64,000 bases of DNA, taken from Parcubacteria group bacterium Gr01-1014_8 (GTDB lineage: Bacteria > Patescibacteriota > Minisyncoccia > Phycocordibacterales > UBA2100). Shown here in pieces: positions 8,668 through 17,833 of the stretch. Every line of letters starts with the position of its first letter. Within the stretch, counting starts at the first letter, position 1. The notes under the pieces were generated by a model. That model ran no database searches, was not told the DNA's origin, and was given only the letters and a program-made list of their open reading frames with translations. The translations under genes were made by a program, and so were the position numbers. The DNA is taken from positions 320,001 to 384,000 of the forward strand of contig VMGC01000001.1 in assembly GCA_007376385.1 (NCBI GenBank), written 5' to 3'.

Positions 8668-10398
8668 ATGAAAGAGTATTTGCATTCTCACGCTCTCGCG
8701 CTCGGGCTTGCGATCGTGGTTGGCATTGTGACGGTCATGCCGATGATTCTGGCGCCGATCTCCCTTGGCGCTGATTACAAGGGCATTCATTATCTTCCTC
8801 TGAATGACGAGGACATTTATCTTGCCCGCATTCACGAGATCCTCGACGGGCACTATAGCGTTACGTCACCGTTTCTGTATGACTATAAGGATGCTGCAAT
8901 GTTATGGCCTCCCATCAACGAATGGCTCTATGCTCTTCCAGCGTTCTTATTCGGGCTCTCAGCCGTCGTTGTCGCGAGCAAGTTTCTGCTCCCCGCTGGG
9001 TTGTTTTTCTTGATATACCTTTTGAGCCGGAAGCTCCTTGGTGAAGAAGACAAGTTAGCTGAAGTATGTGCGATCGCAGCGGGGCTTGTCGCAACGCTCG
9101 GTATTGTATTTGTCGATTACACATACATGGCGTGGTTTTTTGCCGGGAAAGAACACGCCCCGGTCATGTGGACGCGCCTTGTGAATCCCATAACGGGCGG
9201 TGTTGAACTCTTTGCGTTCGTCACGTTACTCTGGTTTATCTGGGAAAGAAAGCGTCCGTATGCATTCGTCGCAGCTGGTTTTCTCCTCGCGCTCATGATC
9301 GGTTACTATTTCGCGTTCGGTATGGGCCTCGCGACCCTTGGCGTGCTGTTTTTTATCGCTCTTCTTCGCAAGGAATTTGCGGTAGCGCGTGAATTTGCAT
9401 ATGTCGGGGTCATTTCCTTACTTCTTGATGCGTGGATATGGTATAACGTTCTCTTTTCGATCGGCGGCGAGGAAGGGAAGGCGCTGGCGATGCGCAACGG
9501 CATGTTTTTTACCCACGAACTTGTCCTCAACAAGGCGCTTTTTCTTGCGACTACCTTCGTCGCGCTTTGTTATCTGTACACTTACGTATATAAGAACAAT
9601 AAGCAGTTTCTGCGCAGCTGGCTCTTTATATTCGCGCTTCTTGGGGCGTCGTGGCTTGCGTTCAATCAACAAGTGATAACGGGTCGGCAGATATGGTATC
9701 ACCACTTCGTGCAATACACCGTGCCCTTATCAATGCTCTCTGTTATTGCGGCGTCATACTTTACGTTGCGCTTCAGCATGCCTCGGCTTTTGCGTTTCGG
9801 CATGCTCGGTATCATCGTTGTGAGTCTCGCCTATGGAGTCTCGTGCATAGGAAGTTATGTCAGGGATATACCGCTATGGTTTGCTGGAGACCAGCGGTAC
9901 GGGGACCTGATGGCATGGCTGAACGAGAATGCGCCGGAGGATTGCGTCGTGCTGGACGTGCAGAACGAAGAGTTTCTCGCTCGCGCAATTCCGGCGTATA
10001 CCGCGTGCAATACATATTTTTCGGCGGTAACGTATGCCGGCATCCCCGAGGAACGCCTTGTGCATAATTTTCTTCTTCGTATGGTCTTGGATGGCACACA
10101 TAAGACGCAGGCCCTCGAATACCTACGTATGCATTCCGAAGATGTGCGAGCAGATTTCTATCCGGATTGGAACGCCATGTTCGGTCACGATGCAACTCCA
10201 TGGATCGAAGGTCGCATGCAAGCGCTCGAGAGTGAATATCAAACATTTGCCGAGGTGCCGCTTAAAGAACAGATGCAAAAATATCGTGTTGACTACGTAA
10301 TTTCAACAGAGGAATTAACCCCGAAGTTGATAGGATCTCTGAATGCAACAAAGCTCGATTCAGCGGGAGTATATCGGATCTATACGCTCGAGAAATGA
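8668..10398 (+). CDS. Large polytopic membrane protein with C-terminal extracytoplasmic domain; possible GT-C/YfhO-like glycosyl- or polymer-modifying enzyme
   Basis: Start placed at MKEYLHSH (8668), just after the upstream stop. About 12 TM helices, then a ~200-aa soluble C-terminal domain. No named motif recognised. Confidence 0.45.
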   Translation: MKEYLHSHALALGLAIVVGIVTVMPMILAPISLGADYKGIHYLPLNDEDIYLARIHEILDGHYSVTSPFLYDYKDAAMLWPPINEWLYALPAFLFGLSAVVVASKFLLPAGLFFLIYLLSRKLLGEEDKLAEVCAIAAGLVATLGIVFVDYTYMAWFFAGKEHAPVMWTRLVNPITGGVELFAFVTLLWFIWERKRPYAFVAAGFLLALMIGYYFAFGMGLATLGVLFFIALLRKEFAVAREFAYVGVISLLLDAWIWYNVLFSIGGEEGKALAMRNGMFFTHELVLNKALFLATTFVALCYLYTYVYKNNKQFLRSWLFIFALLGASWLAFNQQVITGRQIWYHHFVQYTVPLSMLSVIAASYFTLRFSMPRLLRFGMLGIIVVSLAYGVSCIGSYVRDIPLWFAGDQRYGDLMAWLNENAPEDCVVLDVQNEEFLARAIPAYTACNTYFSAVTYAGIPEERLVHNFLLRMVLDGTHKTQALEYLRMHSEDVRADFYPDWNAMFGHDATPWIEGRMQALESEYQTFAEVPLKEQMQKYRVDYVISTEELTPKLIGSLNATKLDSAGVYRIYTLEK

Positions 10399-12614
10399 CA
10401 GTGTTACAATGGGCGACACCTATGACTCTCGAGAAAGTGCTACGCTGGATCGCGATCATCGGGATTTTCGCGCTACCGTTCATTGTTCTCATCGTCTCGC
10501 GCTCGCTCTTTTTTCCGTTCATCACCGGAAAAAACTTTGCATTCCGCATTATTGTCGAGATAGTCGGCGGGGCGTGGGTGGCGCTCGCGCTCGTAAACCC
10601 GCTCTATAGGCCGAGGCGCTCATGGGTCTTGCTGGCGTTTACGCTGTTTGTCGTGTTGATAGGGATCTCAGATGCATTTGGCGTCAATCCGTTCAAGAGC
10701 TTTTGGAGCAATTATGAGCGCATGGAAGGATGGGTAACGCTTGCTCATCTCCTGGTGTATCTTGTTGCGGCCGTATCAATTCTAAACACGGAGCAATTAT
10801 GGAAACGGTGGTGGCATACATCGCTCGGCGTTTCAGTTCTTGTCGCATTTCACGGACTTTTTCAGCTTTTGGGATTCATAACTATCAATCAGGGGGGTGT
10901 TCGGCTCGATGCAACTTTTGGCAATGCGACATATCTCGGCGTGTACATGCTTTTCAATGTCTTTGTTGCGGCGCTCTTTCTTTCGCGTGCATGGAACGAG
11001 CATCCCCGCGAGCGCTTCATGTACTCGTCGCTCTACGGCGCACTGATCATTCTTGATACGTTCATACTGTTTTTCACCTCGACACGCGGTGCCATCCTCG
11101 GTCTCATCGGGGGCGTCTTATTCTCAGCAGCGCTGCTTATTGTGCTTTCGCCGAAATCACGCACGGCGTGGTATGCGGGGGCAGCTATCGCGGGGCTTGT
11201 CGTCCTTGCCGGCATGTTTTTACTCGTGAAAGATCAGGCATGGGTGCAAGGGATCGAGCCGTTGCACCGCCTGGCGTCCATCGCTGACGAGGGTGTTCCC
11301 GGTGCGCGGGTCATGAACTGGGGGATGGCGATGCAGGGATTTAAAGAGAGGCCTATCTTAGGTTGGGGCCAAGAGAATTATGCGGTCGTGTTCGACAAAT
11401 ACTATGACCCGCAGATGTTCGGGCAGGAGCCATGGTTTGACCGCGTACACAATATCATTTTCGACTGGCTCATTGCTGGCGGCCTGCTTGGCCTACTTCT
11501 GTATCTTGGCATATATGTCTTCGCGCTTCTTGCCATTTGGCGTTCGGGAGGATTCGCGCAATACGAACGCGCCATTCTTACGGGGCTTTTTGCCGGGTAC
11601 TTTTTCTATCTTATTTTTACATTCGATAACATTACAAGTTATCTTATGTTTGTTTCCCTTCTCGCGTACATCACGATGCGTTCTTCTTTTGACGCGAGGC
11701 CGATCTTTGATCAGATACTTCCCAAAAACACGCTTCCTTTCTTCGCGGTGCTTGCAGTTTTTCTTGTATCAGGTCTTTCATGGTCTGTGAACGCACATGC
11801 GCTCTTGGCGAACAAGCTCATCATTCTTGCTCTCTCGCCGCATTCGGAGGGCGCTTCAAAAAATTTGGAATATTTCAAAGCATCTATCGCGTACGGAACA
11901 TATGGGACGCAAGAAGCGAGAGAGCATTTATCGCAGACAGCAGCTCAGGCCATTCAGAGCACGGGGGTTCCTCTCGATGTACGCAGGGGATTTTTAGAGA
12001 CGGCAGCAAAGGAGATGAGCACGCAGGCCGAGGACTCGCCCCTCAATGCGCGTTTTCCATTTTTTCTAGGCGTACTTCTGGACTCAGCGGGGGACTATAA
12101 CAATGCAAAGCTGGCGCTCGAAAGAGCGAGAGAACTCTCTCCCAATAAACAAGCGATACTATTTGAGCTGGGCCTCAATGCACTCGCTCGGGGTGATAAT
12201 GCGGCAGCACTCAGCATTTTTGAGAGCGCATACAAACTAGCATCGAATTTTGCGGAAGCGCGAACATTCTACACTGCTGTTGCTATCCACACGGATGATC
12301 AAGCAGTTGAAGATCAGATGATACGCGTCATGGTTGAGAATGATCAGGCATTGGAGCCGCGTATTCTCTCGGCCTATGCTTCAAAAAACAGATACGATAA
12401 GATCGCAGCGCTTGCAGCCGCCCAGATACAAATGCATCCAGACGATGTTCAAGCGCATGTGACGTACTCCGCTGCGCTTTATAAAATAGGGAATGTGGAA
12501 GACGCTGTTCGCTCCCTGGAAGAGCTGAAACGCGTCATACCAGGTGCTGCCGCACAGGCAGATTCGTTGATAGCAGATATGTTGAACGGGACGTTAAAGG
12601 TTGGTCAGCAGTAG
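10395..12614 (+). CDS. O-antigen ligase/Wzy_C-family membrane protein with C-terminal TPR repeats
   Basis: Many TM helices. HNIIFDWLIAGGLLGLLLYLGIYVFAL matches the Wzy_C core (HN-x-Y-L-x-x-L-x-E-x-G). The C-terminal ~300 aa are TPR-like, Ala/Leu-rich repeats. Confidence 0.7.
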   Translation: MTVLQWATPMTLEKVLRWIAIIGIFALPFIVLIVSRSLFFPFITGKNFAFRIIVEIVGGAWVALALVNPLYRPRRSWVLLAFTLFVVLIGISDAFGVNPFKSFWSNYERMEGWVTLAHLLVYLVAAVSILNTEQLWKRWWHTSLGVSVLVAFHGLFQLLGFITINQGGVRLDATFGNATYLGVYMLFNVFVAALFLSRAWNEHPRERFMYSSLYGALIILDTFILFFTSTRGAILGLIGGVLFSAALLIVLSPKSRTAWYAGAAIAGLVVLAGMFLLVKDQAWVQGIEPLHRLASIADEGVPGARVMNWGMAMQGFKERPILGWGQENYAVVFDKYYDPQMFGQEPWFDRVHNIIFDWLIAGGLLGLLLYLGIYVFALLAIWRSGGFAQYERAILTGLFAGYFFYLIFTFDNITSYLMFVSLLAYITMRSSFDARPIFDQILPKNTLPFFAVLAVFLVSGLSWSVNAHALLANKLIILALSPHSEGASKNLEYFKASIAYGTYGTQEAREHLSQTAAQAIQSTGVPLDVRRGFLETAAKEMSTQAEDSPLNARFPFFLGVLLDSAGDYNNAKLALERARELSPNKQAILFELGLNALARGDNAAALSIFESAYKLASNFAEARTFYTAVAIHTDDQAVEDQMIRVMVENDQALEPRILSAYASKNRYDKIAALAAAQIQMHPDDVQAHVTYSAALYKIGNVEDAVRSLEELKRVIPGAAAQADSLIADMLNGTLKVGQQ

Positions 12615-12654
12615 ACAAAGATAGAAAGATGATATAATTGCGCGGTGAGTGCCA

Positions 12655-12690
12655 TTGCCTGTCTGCGTGCAGTACGCACAGGCAGAAAAG
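12655..12690 (-). repeat. Partial inverted copy of the 3' hairpin part of intergenic repeat family R
   Basis: gcctgtctgcgtgca...cgcacaggcag matches the reverse complement of cctgcctgtgcgatgcacgcagacaggc found in the 16111..16243 and 52335..52467 copies. Confidence 0.5.
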
Positions 12691-12741
12691 ATGGCGTCTC
12701 TCTAGAAAGTCGCGTAGATTCCCCCTCCGGGGGGATTTACG

Positions 12742-12787
12742 TTTTTGTACATTGCCCGAACATTGTTCGAGTGAGGCAGTACAAAAA
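12742..12787. repeat. Nested perfect palindromes (tttttgtac/gtacaaaaa enclosing cgaacattgttcg)
   Basis: Read directly: outer 9-nt arms at 12742-12750 and 12779-12787, and an inner 13-nt palindrome at 12757-12769. The adjacent 14-nt direct repeat gatttacgtttttg occurs at 12734 and again at 12953. Confidence 0.4.
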
Positions 12788-13266
12788 GGTAGATCCGGCC
12801 GCAGCTGGGATCCCCGCGTGCGGGGAGGCGAGGCGTGCCTACGAGCGACCTAGTTTTCTTATGAGCATAGCGAATTAGAAAACTGGAAGTACTCGTAGTG
12901 GTGCACATAGTATTTTGAAGCGGCATCGCGACAAAATACTTAGTGACTCGGAGATTTACGTTTTTGGATGATACACCCCGTGAGATACAACATATATACA
13001 TTTTGCTCGTGGGTGGTTTTGTTGCTAACACCTGATTACATCGACAGTTCTAATGCGCTATCTCATGGGGTACACTATTTGCATAAGGACCCAGTGTGGA
13101 GGGCGGCGGCACTCACATAGACTTTCACTTTGGAGCTCGCACCCGCCTTCCGCATTGGGTCTTTGCAAGTTAGACATTAGATAATGGAAATTAGACAAAA
13201 GAAATTTACAAAATAATTTTTTGCTTATTAAATCTAATTTCTAACTTCCACTTTCTATATATAAAG

Positions 13267-13275
13267 TTATCCACA
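13267..13275 (+). promoter_or_regulatory. Consensus DnaA box TTATCCACA inside a ~150-bp AT-rich island
   Basis: Exact TTATCCACA lies inside 13180-13330, which is about 25% GC against about 50% GC in the flanks. Only one box was found. Confidence 0.2.
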
Positions 13276-13400
13276 GTATCGTCGAATAAAACATATTAAT
13301 CACGCAATGAGTGCAATAATAAAAAAAACGCATCTCGCGTAACTTGAATCTGCGAATGGTGCGGGTCGAATGTTTAGTCGCAGGGGCATCTAAAAAATCT

Positions 13401-13454
13401 ATGGCAAAGAAAAAGAAAGCAAAGAAAAAGGCAAAGCGATCGAAGAGACGCTAG
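13401..13454 (+). CDS. 17-codon Lys/Arg-rich micro-ORF (MAKKKKAKKKAKRSKRR) directly upstream of secA
   Basis: ATG preceded by gcagggg (SD-like) 11 nt upstream. Stop lies 6 nt before the GTG that opens the secA reading frame. Coding status unproven. Confidence 0.15.
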   Translation: MAKKKKAKKKAKRSKRR

Positions 13455-13556
13455 TCAGGCGTGCTTCGAAAGAAAAGACCCTCCATTGCGGAGGGTCTTT
13501 TCGTGCGCGACCAGAGACTGCGAAAATCAGTCATTAGTGTTAGGATGTGCCTCTGT

Positions 13557-16094
13557 ATGGCATTCTGGAAAGGGTTGTTTGGCGATACGAGTACCGCCGC
13601 TCTAAAAAGCGCGATGCCCATTGTCGCAAGTACAAATGCCCTTGAGGACGGTATTCGCGCGCTCTCTGACGATGCGCTGCGGGGTAAGACCGCAGAATTC
13701 AAATTGCGTATAGAAAAGGGCGAAACGTTGGAGGTCTTGGCGCCGGAGGCGTTTGCGGTCGTTCGTGAAGCTGCGCGCCGCACTCTCGGGCAGCGTCATT
13801 TTGATGTTCAGCTTGTGGGAGGCATGGTGTTGCACACTGGCGGCATCGCAGAGATGCGCACGGGCGAAGGAAAAACCCTAGTCGCTACATTGCCCGCATA
13901 TCTGAACGCGCTTACGGGGAGCGGTGTGCACGTCGTGACAGTCAACGATTATCTCTCCCGCCGAGACGGAGTATGGATGGGGGAGATCTATTATGCGCTC
14001 GGGATGTCAGTTGGTATTTTGAATCATGAAGCATCATACCGATACGATCCTGCACACGTGTCCAAAGATTTGATAGAGGAAGAGGATAAGGAACGTGACC
14101 AGCTAGGGAGTTTTAAAGTGATGCATGATTTTTTAGCGCCATGCACGCGTACCGAAGCGTACGCATCCGATATCACCTACGGAACCAACAACGAGTTTGG
14201 TTTCGACTATCTTCGGGACAACTTGGAATACGAGCCGGAAAAACTCCGCCAGCGGCTTCCCGATAAAGGAGGCTACAACTTCGCCATTGTCGACGAAATA
14301 GACTCCATTCTCATCGATGAAGCGCGAACACCTCTTATTATTTCTGCGCCAGTCTCGGATGCGGAGCGGCTCTATGACAGATTTGCGGCGATAGCGCGAG
14401 GGCTTGCGGCCGAAGAGGATTACACGGTTGATGAAAAACACCGCCAGATAGCTCTTACCGATGCAGGCATCGAGAAAGCCGAAAAGGCGCTCGGCGTCGA
14501 GAATATCTACACGGACGCCGGAATAAAGTTGGTGCATCACTTGGAAACAGCAGTGCGTGCTAAGGCCCTCTTCCAAAAAGATCAGGAGTATGTGGTTCGT
14601 GATGGTGAAGTCATCATTGTCGATGAATCAACTGGACGCATGCAGCCCGGCAGAAGGTGGAGTGAAGGCCTGCACCAGGCGATAGAAGCAAAGGAGGGGG
14701 TTGCAATTCAGCAAGAGTCCCGAACATTCGCTTCCATCACATTCCAAAACTACTTTCGGTTATATAAGAAGCTTGCGGGAATGACCGGAACTGCAGCAAC
14801 CTCATCGGAGGAATTCTATAAAGTATATGGTCTGAATACTGTTGCGGTGCCGACCAATGTGCCGCCAAAAAGGGAAGATCACGAGGACCTTATCGTGCAA
14901 ACCGAGAACGGCAAGATGAAAGCAATCGCCAGGCGAGTGAAAGAATTGCACGAAAAGGGCCAGCCGGTCCTTGTAGGCACTGTCTCTGTGGAAAAGAACG
15001 AGCTTCTTTCTGTTCACTTTAGGCAGGAAGGCATCCCGCACGAGCTATTGAATGCCAAGAATCACGAGAGGGAGGGAGAAATAATAGCCCAGGCCGGGCG
15101 ACGTGGTGCGGTAACCATTGCGACAAACATGGCAGGTCGAGGTGTTGACATAAAGCTCGGGGGGAATCCTGCCACGAATGAAGAGTACGAAGCCGTGAAA
15201 GAGCTTGGAGGATTGTTTGTCCTTGGAACCGAACGGCACGAGGCGCGCCGCATCGACAATCAGCTTCGGGGTCGTGCGGGGCGTCAGGGGGACCCCGGTG
15301 GGACACAGTTTTTTGTATCTTTAGAAGATTCACTCATGCGCATATTCGCCTCCGATGTCATCAAACGGGTGATGGGCACGTTCAAGATCCCTGAAGATGA
15401 ACCCATCTTCAATTCCATGATAACGAGGTCGCTTGAAAAGGCCCAGACTCGCATCGAAGAGTTGAACTTTGACGCTCGAAAGCATGTTTTGTCGTACGAT
15501 GATGTGTTGAATATTCAGCGCCAGTCGATCTACGCACGTCGTAGAGCGCTTCTGACGGGAGGGAATGACGCAGTTGACGATGAACTCGCGCGCATTGTCG
15601 AGCCCGATTCCGATGTTATGCGCGCATTGGATGAGCGGAAAAAAGAAATGGGGGAGATGTTCTACAGAGTCTCGAGGCGATTTCTCTTACAAACGGTAGA
15701 CTTTTTGTGGGTGGAGCATCTTGAAGCAATGGAGTACTTGCGCTCAAGTGTGAACTTGCGCGCATATGGGCAGCGAGATCCGCTTGTCGAATATAAGAAG
15801 GAAGGCTTGAAATTGTTCCAGACCATGGAAGGTTCCTACGACGCCAATGTTGTCCAGTCGCTCCCGAACGTCCTACAGGCACAGAAAGATGGTGCTGTGC
15901 GTCCCGCAGCTTCCAAAAGTTTCTTTGCTAAGAGTGTAAGCGCAATTACAAACACCAAGAAAGGCCATGATGAGAAGAAATACGAGCGAAACGAAAAAGT
16001 AACGATCACAAATGGTACAGAAACAAAAGAGATGAAATTTAAGAAAGCAGAGCCGCTTCTGGCAGGAGGGGAGTGGAAGATCGTACAGAAATAG
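13557..16094 (+). CDS. secA: Preprotein translocase ATPase SecA
   Basis: Start chosen at MAFWKGLFGD (13557), which is SecA-like; the tracked ORF extends upstream to the GTG at 13461. DEAD-motor motifs present: MRTGEGKTLVATLPAYLNAL, VVTVNDYLSRRD, DEIDSILIDEARTPLIIS and TNMAGRGVDI. Lacks the C-terminal Zn-finger tail. Confidence 0.9.
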   Translation: MAFWKGLFGDTSTAALKSAMPIVASTNALEDGIRALSDDALRGKTAEFKLRIEKGETLEVLAPEAFAVVREAARRTLGQRHFDVQLVGGMVLHTGGIAEMRTGEGKTLVATLPAYLNALTGSGVHVVTVNDYLSRRDGVWMGEIYYALGMSVGILNHEASYRYDPAHVSKDLIEEEDKERDQLGSFKVMHDFLAPCTRTEAYASDITYGTNNEFGFDYLRDNLEYEPEKLRQRLPDKGGYNFAIVDEIDSILIDEARTPLIISAPVSDAERLYDRFAAIARGLAAEEDYTVDEKHRQIALTDAGIEKAEKALGVENIYTDAGIKLVHHLETAVRAKALFQKDQEYVVRDGEVIIVDESTGRMQPGRRWSEGLHQAIEAKEGVAIQQESRTFASITFQNYFRLYKKLAGMTGTAATSSEEFYKVYGLNTVAVPTNVPPKREDHEDLIVQTENGKMKAIARRVKELHEKGQPVLVGTVSVEKNELLSVHFRQEGIPHELLNAKNHEREGEIIAQAGRRGAVTIATNMAGRGVDIKLGGNPATNEEYEAVKELGGLFVLGTERHEARRIDNQLRGRAGRQGDPGGTQFFVSLEDSLMRIFASDVIKRVMGTFKIPEDEPIFNSMITRSLEKAQTRIEELNFDARKHVLSYDDVLNIQRQSIYARRRALLTGGNDAVDDELARIVEPDSDVMRALDERKKEMGEMFYRVSRRFLLQTVDFLWVEHLEAMEYLRSSVNLRAYGQRDPLVEYKKEGLKLFQTMEGSYDANVVQSLPNVLQAQKDGAVRPAASKSFFAKSVSAITNTKKGHDEKKYERNEKVTITNGTETKEMKFKKAEPLLAGGEWKIVQK

Positions 16095-16110
16095 TCCCGC
16101 CGCTTAAATT

Positions 16111-16243
16111 TATCTGTCGAGGATAGCAAGCGAAATGCGAAAGCGCAGGTTTCGCATTTCCGAGCGACACAGACAGCAAAGGTTCAAAGCCCCGCGGCTT
16201 GCCTGCCTGTGCGATGCACGCAGACAGGCCGCGGAATTTGGGA
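16111..16243 (+). repeat. Intergenic repeat element R, copy A (133 nt), immediately 3' of secA
   Basis: Identical over 133 nt to 52335..52467 apart from 1 nt. Contains a perfect 11-bp hairpin gaaatgcgaaa/tttcgcatttc and the second hairpin gcctgcctgtgcg/cacgcagacaggc. Followed by ccgaggaacctttat, which precedes the copy at 52335. Confidence 0.75.
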
Positions 16244-16387
16244 CCGAGGAACCTTTATATTCCGTAAGAAAATAGTGTATGCCCCATGAGATAGATCATC
16301 TAGATCGGTGATGCATATAGTTCAGTAGTAACATATGAGATTCCTGAAAAAGTGGCGTGAATTTATCTCACGGGGTATGCTTCCGGC

Positions 16388-17833
16388 ATGTCATACAAGG
16401 CAACGATAGGGCTTGAAATTCATGCAGAATTGAAGACAAGTACAAAAATGTTTTGCTCGTCTCAGAACAACGCCGACGAAACAAGAGCGAATGTCCACGT
16501 CTGCCCCATTTGTTTGGCGCATCCGGGTACGCTGCCTGTCATCAATAGGGAAGCGGTGCGGCAGGTGCTCCGCGTCGGGGTTGCGCTTAAAGGTACGTTG
16601 GCAGATTACACGGAATTTGACCGCAAGAATTATTTTTATCCAGATCTGCCTAAGGGCTACCAATTATCACAGTATGAATTTCCCCTTGTGTCAGGCGGAA
16701 GTTTAAATGGAGTAGACATCACGCGAGTTCACTTAGAAGAGGACACAGCGAGTTCAATTCATGACGAGATGACAGGGGAAACCCTTATTGATTACAATCG
16801 CGCGGGGGTGCCTTTGATGGAACTCGTTACGGAGCCAGTGATCCATAGCGCAAAGGAAGCAGGTGATTTTGGCCGAGAATTACAATTGCTCTTACGTTAT
16901 CTAGGTGCATCAGACGCTGACATGGAAAAAGGGCGCATGCGACTTGAAGCAAATATTTCTGTCTCAAATTCCGACGAACTAGGCACGAAGGTCGAAATAA
17001 AGAATATTAACTCTTTCCGGGCTATGGAGCGCGCGGTTGAACACGAGATAGCTAGGCAGACAGATATCCTCGATATGGGGCAAAAAATAGCTCAAGAGAC
17101 TCGCGGATGGGATGACTCTAAACAAGCGACGTTCAGCCAGCGTGTGAAGGAGGGTAGTGCGGATTATCGTTACTTTCCAGATCCAGATCTGCCGAGCCTC
17201 AAACTTTCGCAGATCGAGGAATTCTCAGAAGATGCGCTTAAAAAGACCCTTCCCGAGTTGCCCAGTGAGAGACGCCAGCGGTATATACATGCAGGCATTA
17301 AAGCTGCGGATGCTGAGCAATTTGCTGCATACCCACGCCTGGCAGACTTTATGGACAAAGTGATAGTTGGGAACATCAAGGATGAGGCATTTATACAACG
17401 TGCGACTAACTACATAGTGAACGACCTCGTGAGCATTATCCGAGACATCAATAAACGAGATACGGATTTGCGAGGCGAGATACCTATCTCCTCTATGAAC
17501 TTTACAAAGATTATGCGTATGCTCGGTGATAGAAGGATCTCGTCGAGGGGTGCGAAGGACCTGCTATCCTTGGTCATAAAGGAAGGCCGCGATCCGGAAA
17601 CGGTTGCGTCGGAGCGCGGTCTTCTTATAGATGCGGCCGGACTGGACGTCGAATCTGCGGTTCACAATGTTCTCACAAGGAATAAAGAAGTAGTTGCGGA
17701 CTATTTGTCCGGGAAGCAGAATGCGCTTCAATATTTGATCGGACAATGCATGAAAGAGCTCAAAGGTGCAGTTGAACCGACGGAGCTAAGAGTGATATTG
17801 ATGCAAACAATCTCATCTCGTAGCGCTACTTAA
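16388..17833 (+). CDS. gatB: Asp-tRNA(Asn)/Glu-tRNA(Gln) amidotransferase subunit B
   Basis: MSYKATIGLEIHAELKT...VHVCPICLAHPGTLPVIN...KNYFYPDLPKGYQ are canonical GatB motifs; 481 aa. Confidence 0.9.
   Translation: MSYKATIGLEIHAELKTSTKMFCSSQNNADETRANVHVCPICLAHPGTLPVINREAVRQVLRVGVALKGTLADYTEFDRKNYFYPDLPKGYQLSQYEFPLVSGGSLNGVDITRVHLEEDTASSIHDEMTGETLIDYNRAGVPLMELVTEPVIHSAKEAGDFGRELQLLLRYLGASDADMEKGRMRLEANISVSNSDELGTKVEIKNINSFRAMERAVEHEIARQTDILDMGQKIAQETRGWDDSKQATFSQRVKEGSADYRYFPDPDLPSLKLSQIEEFSEDALKKTLPELPSERRQRYIHAGIKAADAEQFAAYPRLADFMDKVIVGNIKDEAFIQRATNYIVNDLVSIIRDINKRDTDLRGEIPISSMNFTKIMRMLGDRRISSRGAKDLLSLVIKEGRDPETVASERGLLIDAAGLDVESAVHNVLTRNKEVVADYLSGKQNALQYLIGQCMKELKGAVEPTELRVILMQTISSRSAT

Noticed and set aside
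12638-13031. ORFs 12638..12853, 12645..12878 (+) and 12702..13031 (-) in the region upstream of secA
   Set aside because: They overlap hairpin- and repeat-dense sequence shared with other intergenic loci, have no protein-like composition, and have no start context. They were also examined as a possible tmRNA tag frame but carry no ...ALAA-type ending.
12615-13460. Possible tmRNA, RNase P RNA or SRP RNA in the structured intergenic region
   Set aside because: By eye I found no tRNA-like TpsiC arm (GGTTCGAATCC) or CCA end. I also found none of the RNase P CR-I/CR-IV consensus (GGAAAGTCCGGGCTCC, ACAGAACCCGGCTTA) or the SRP domain-IV motif. Left as an unassigned structured region pending an Rfam scan.
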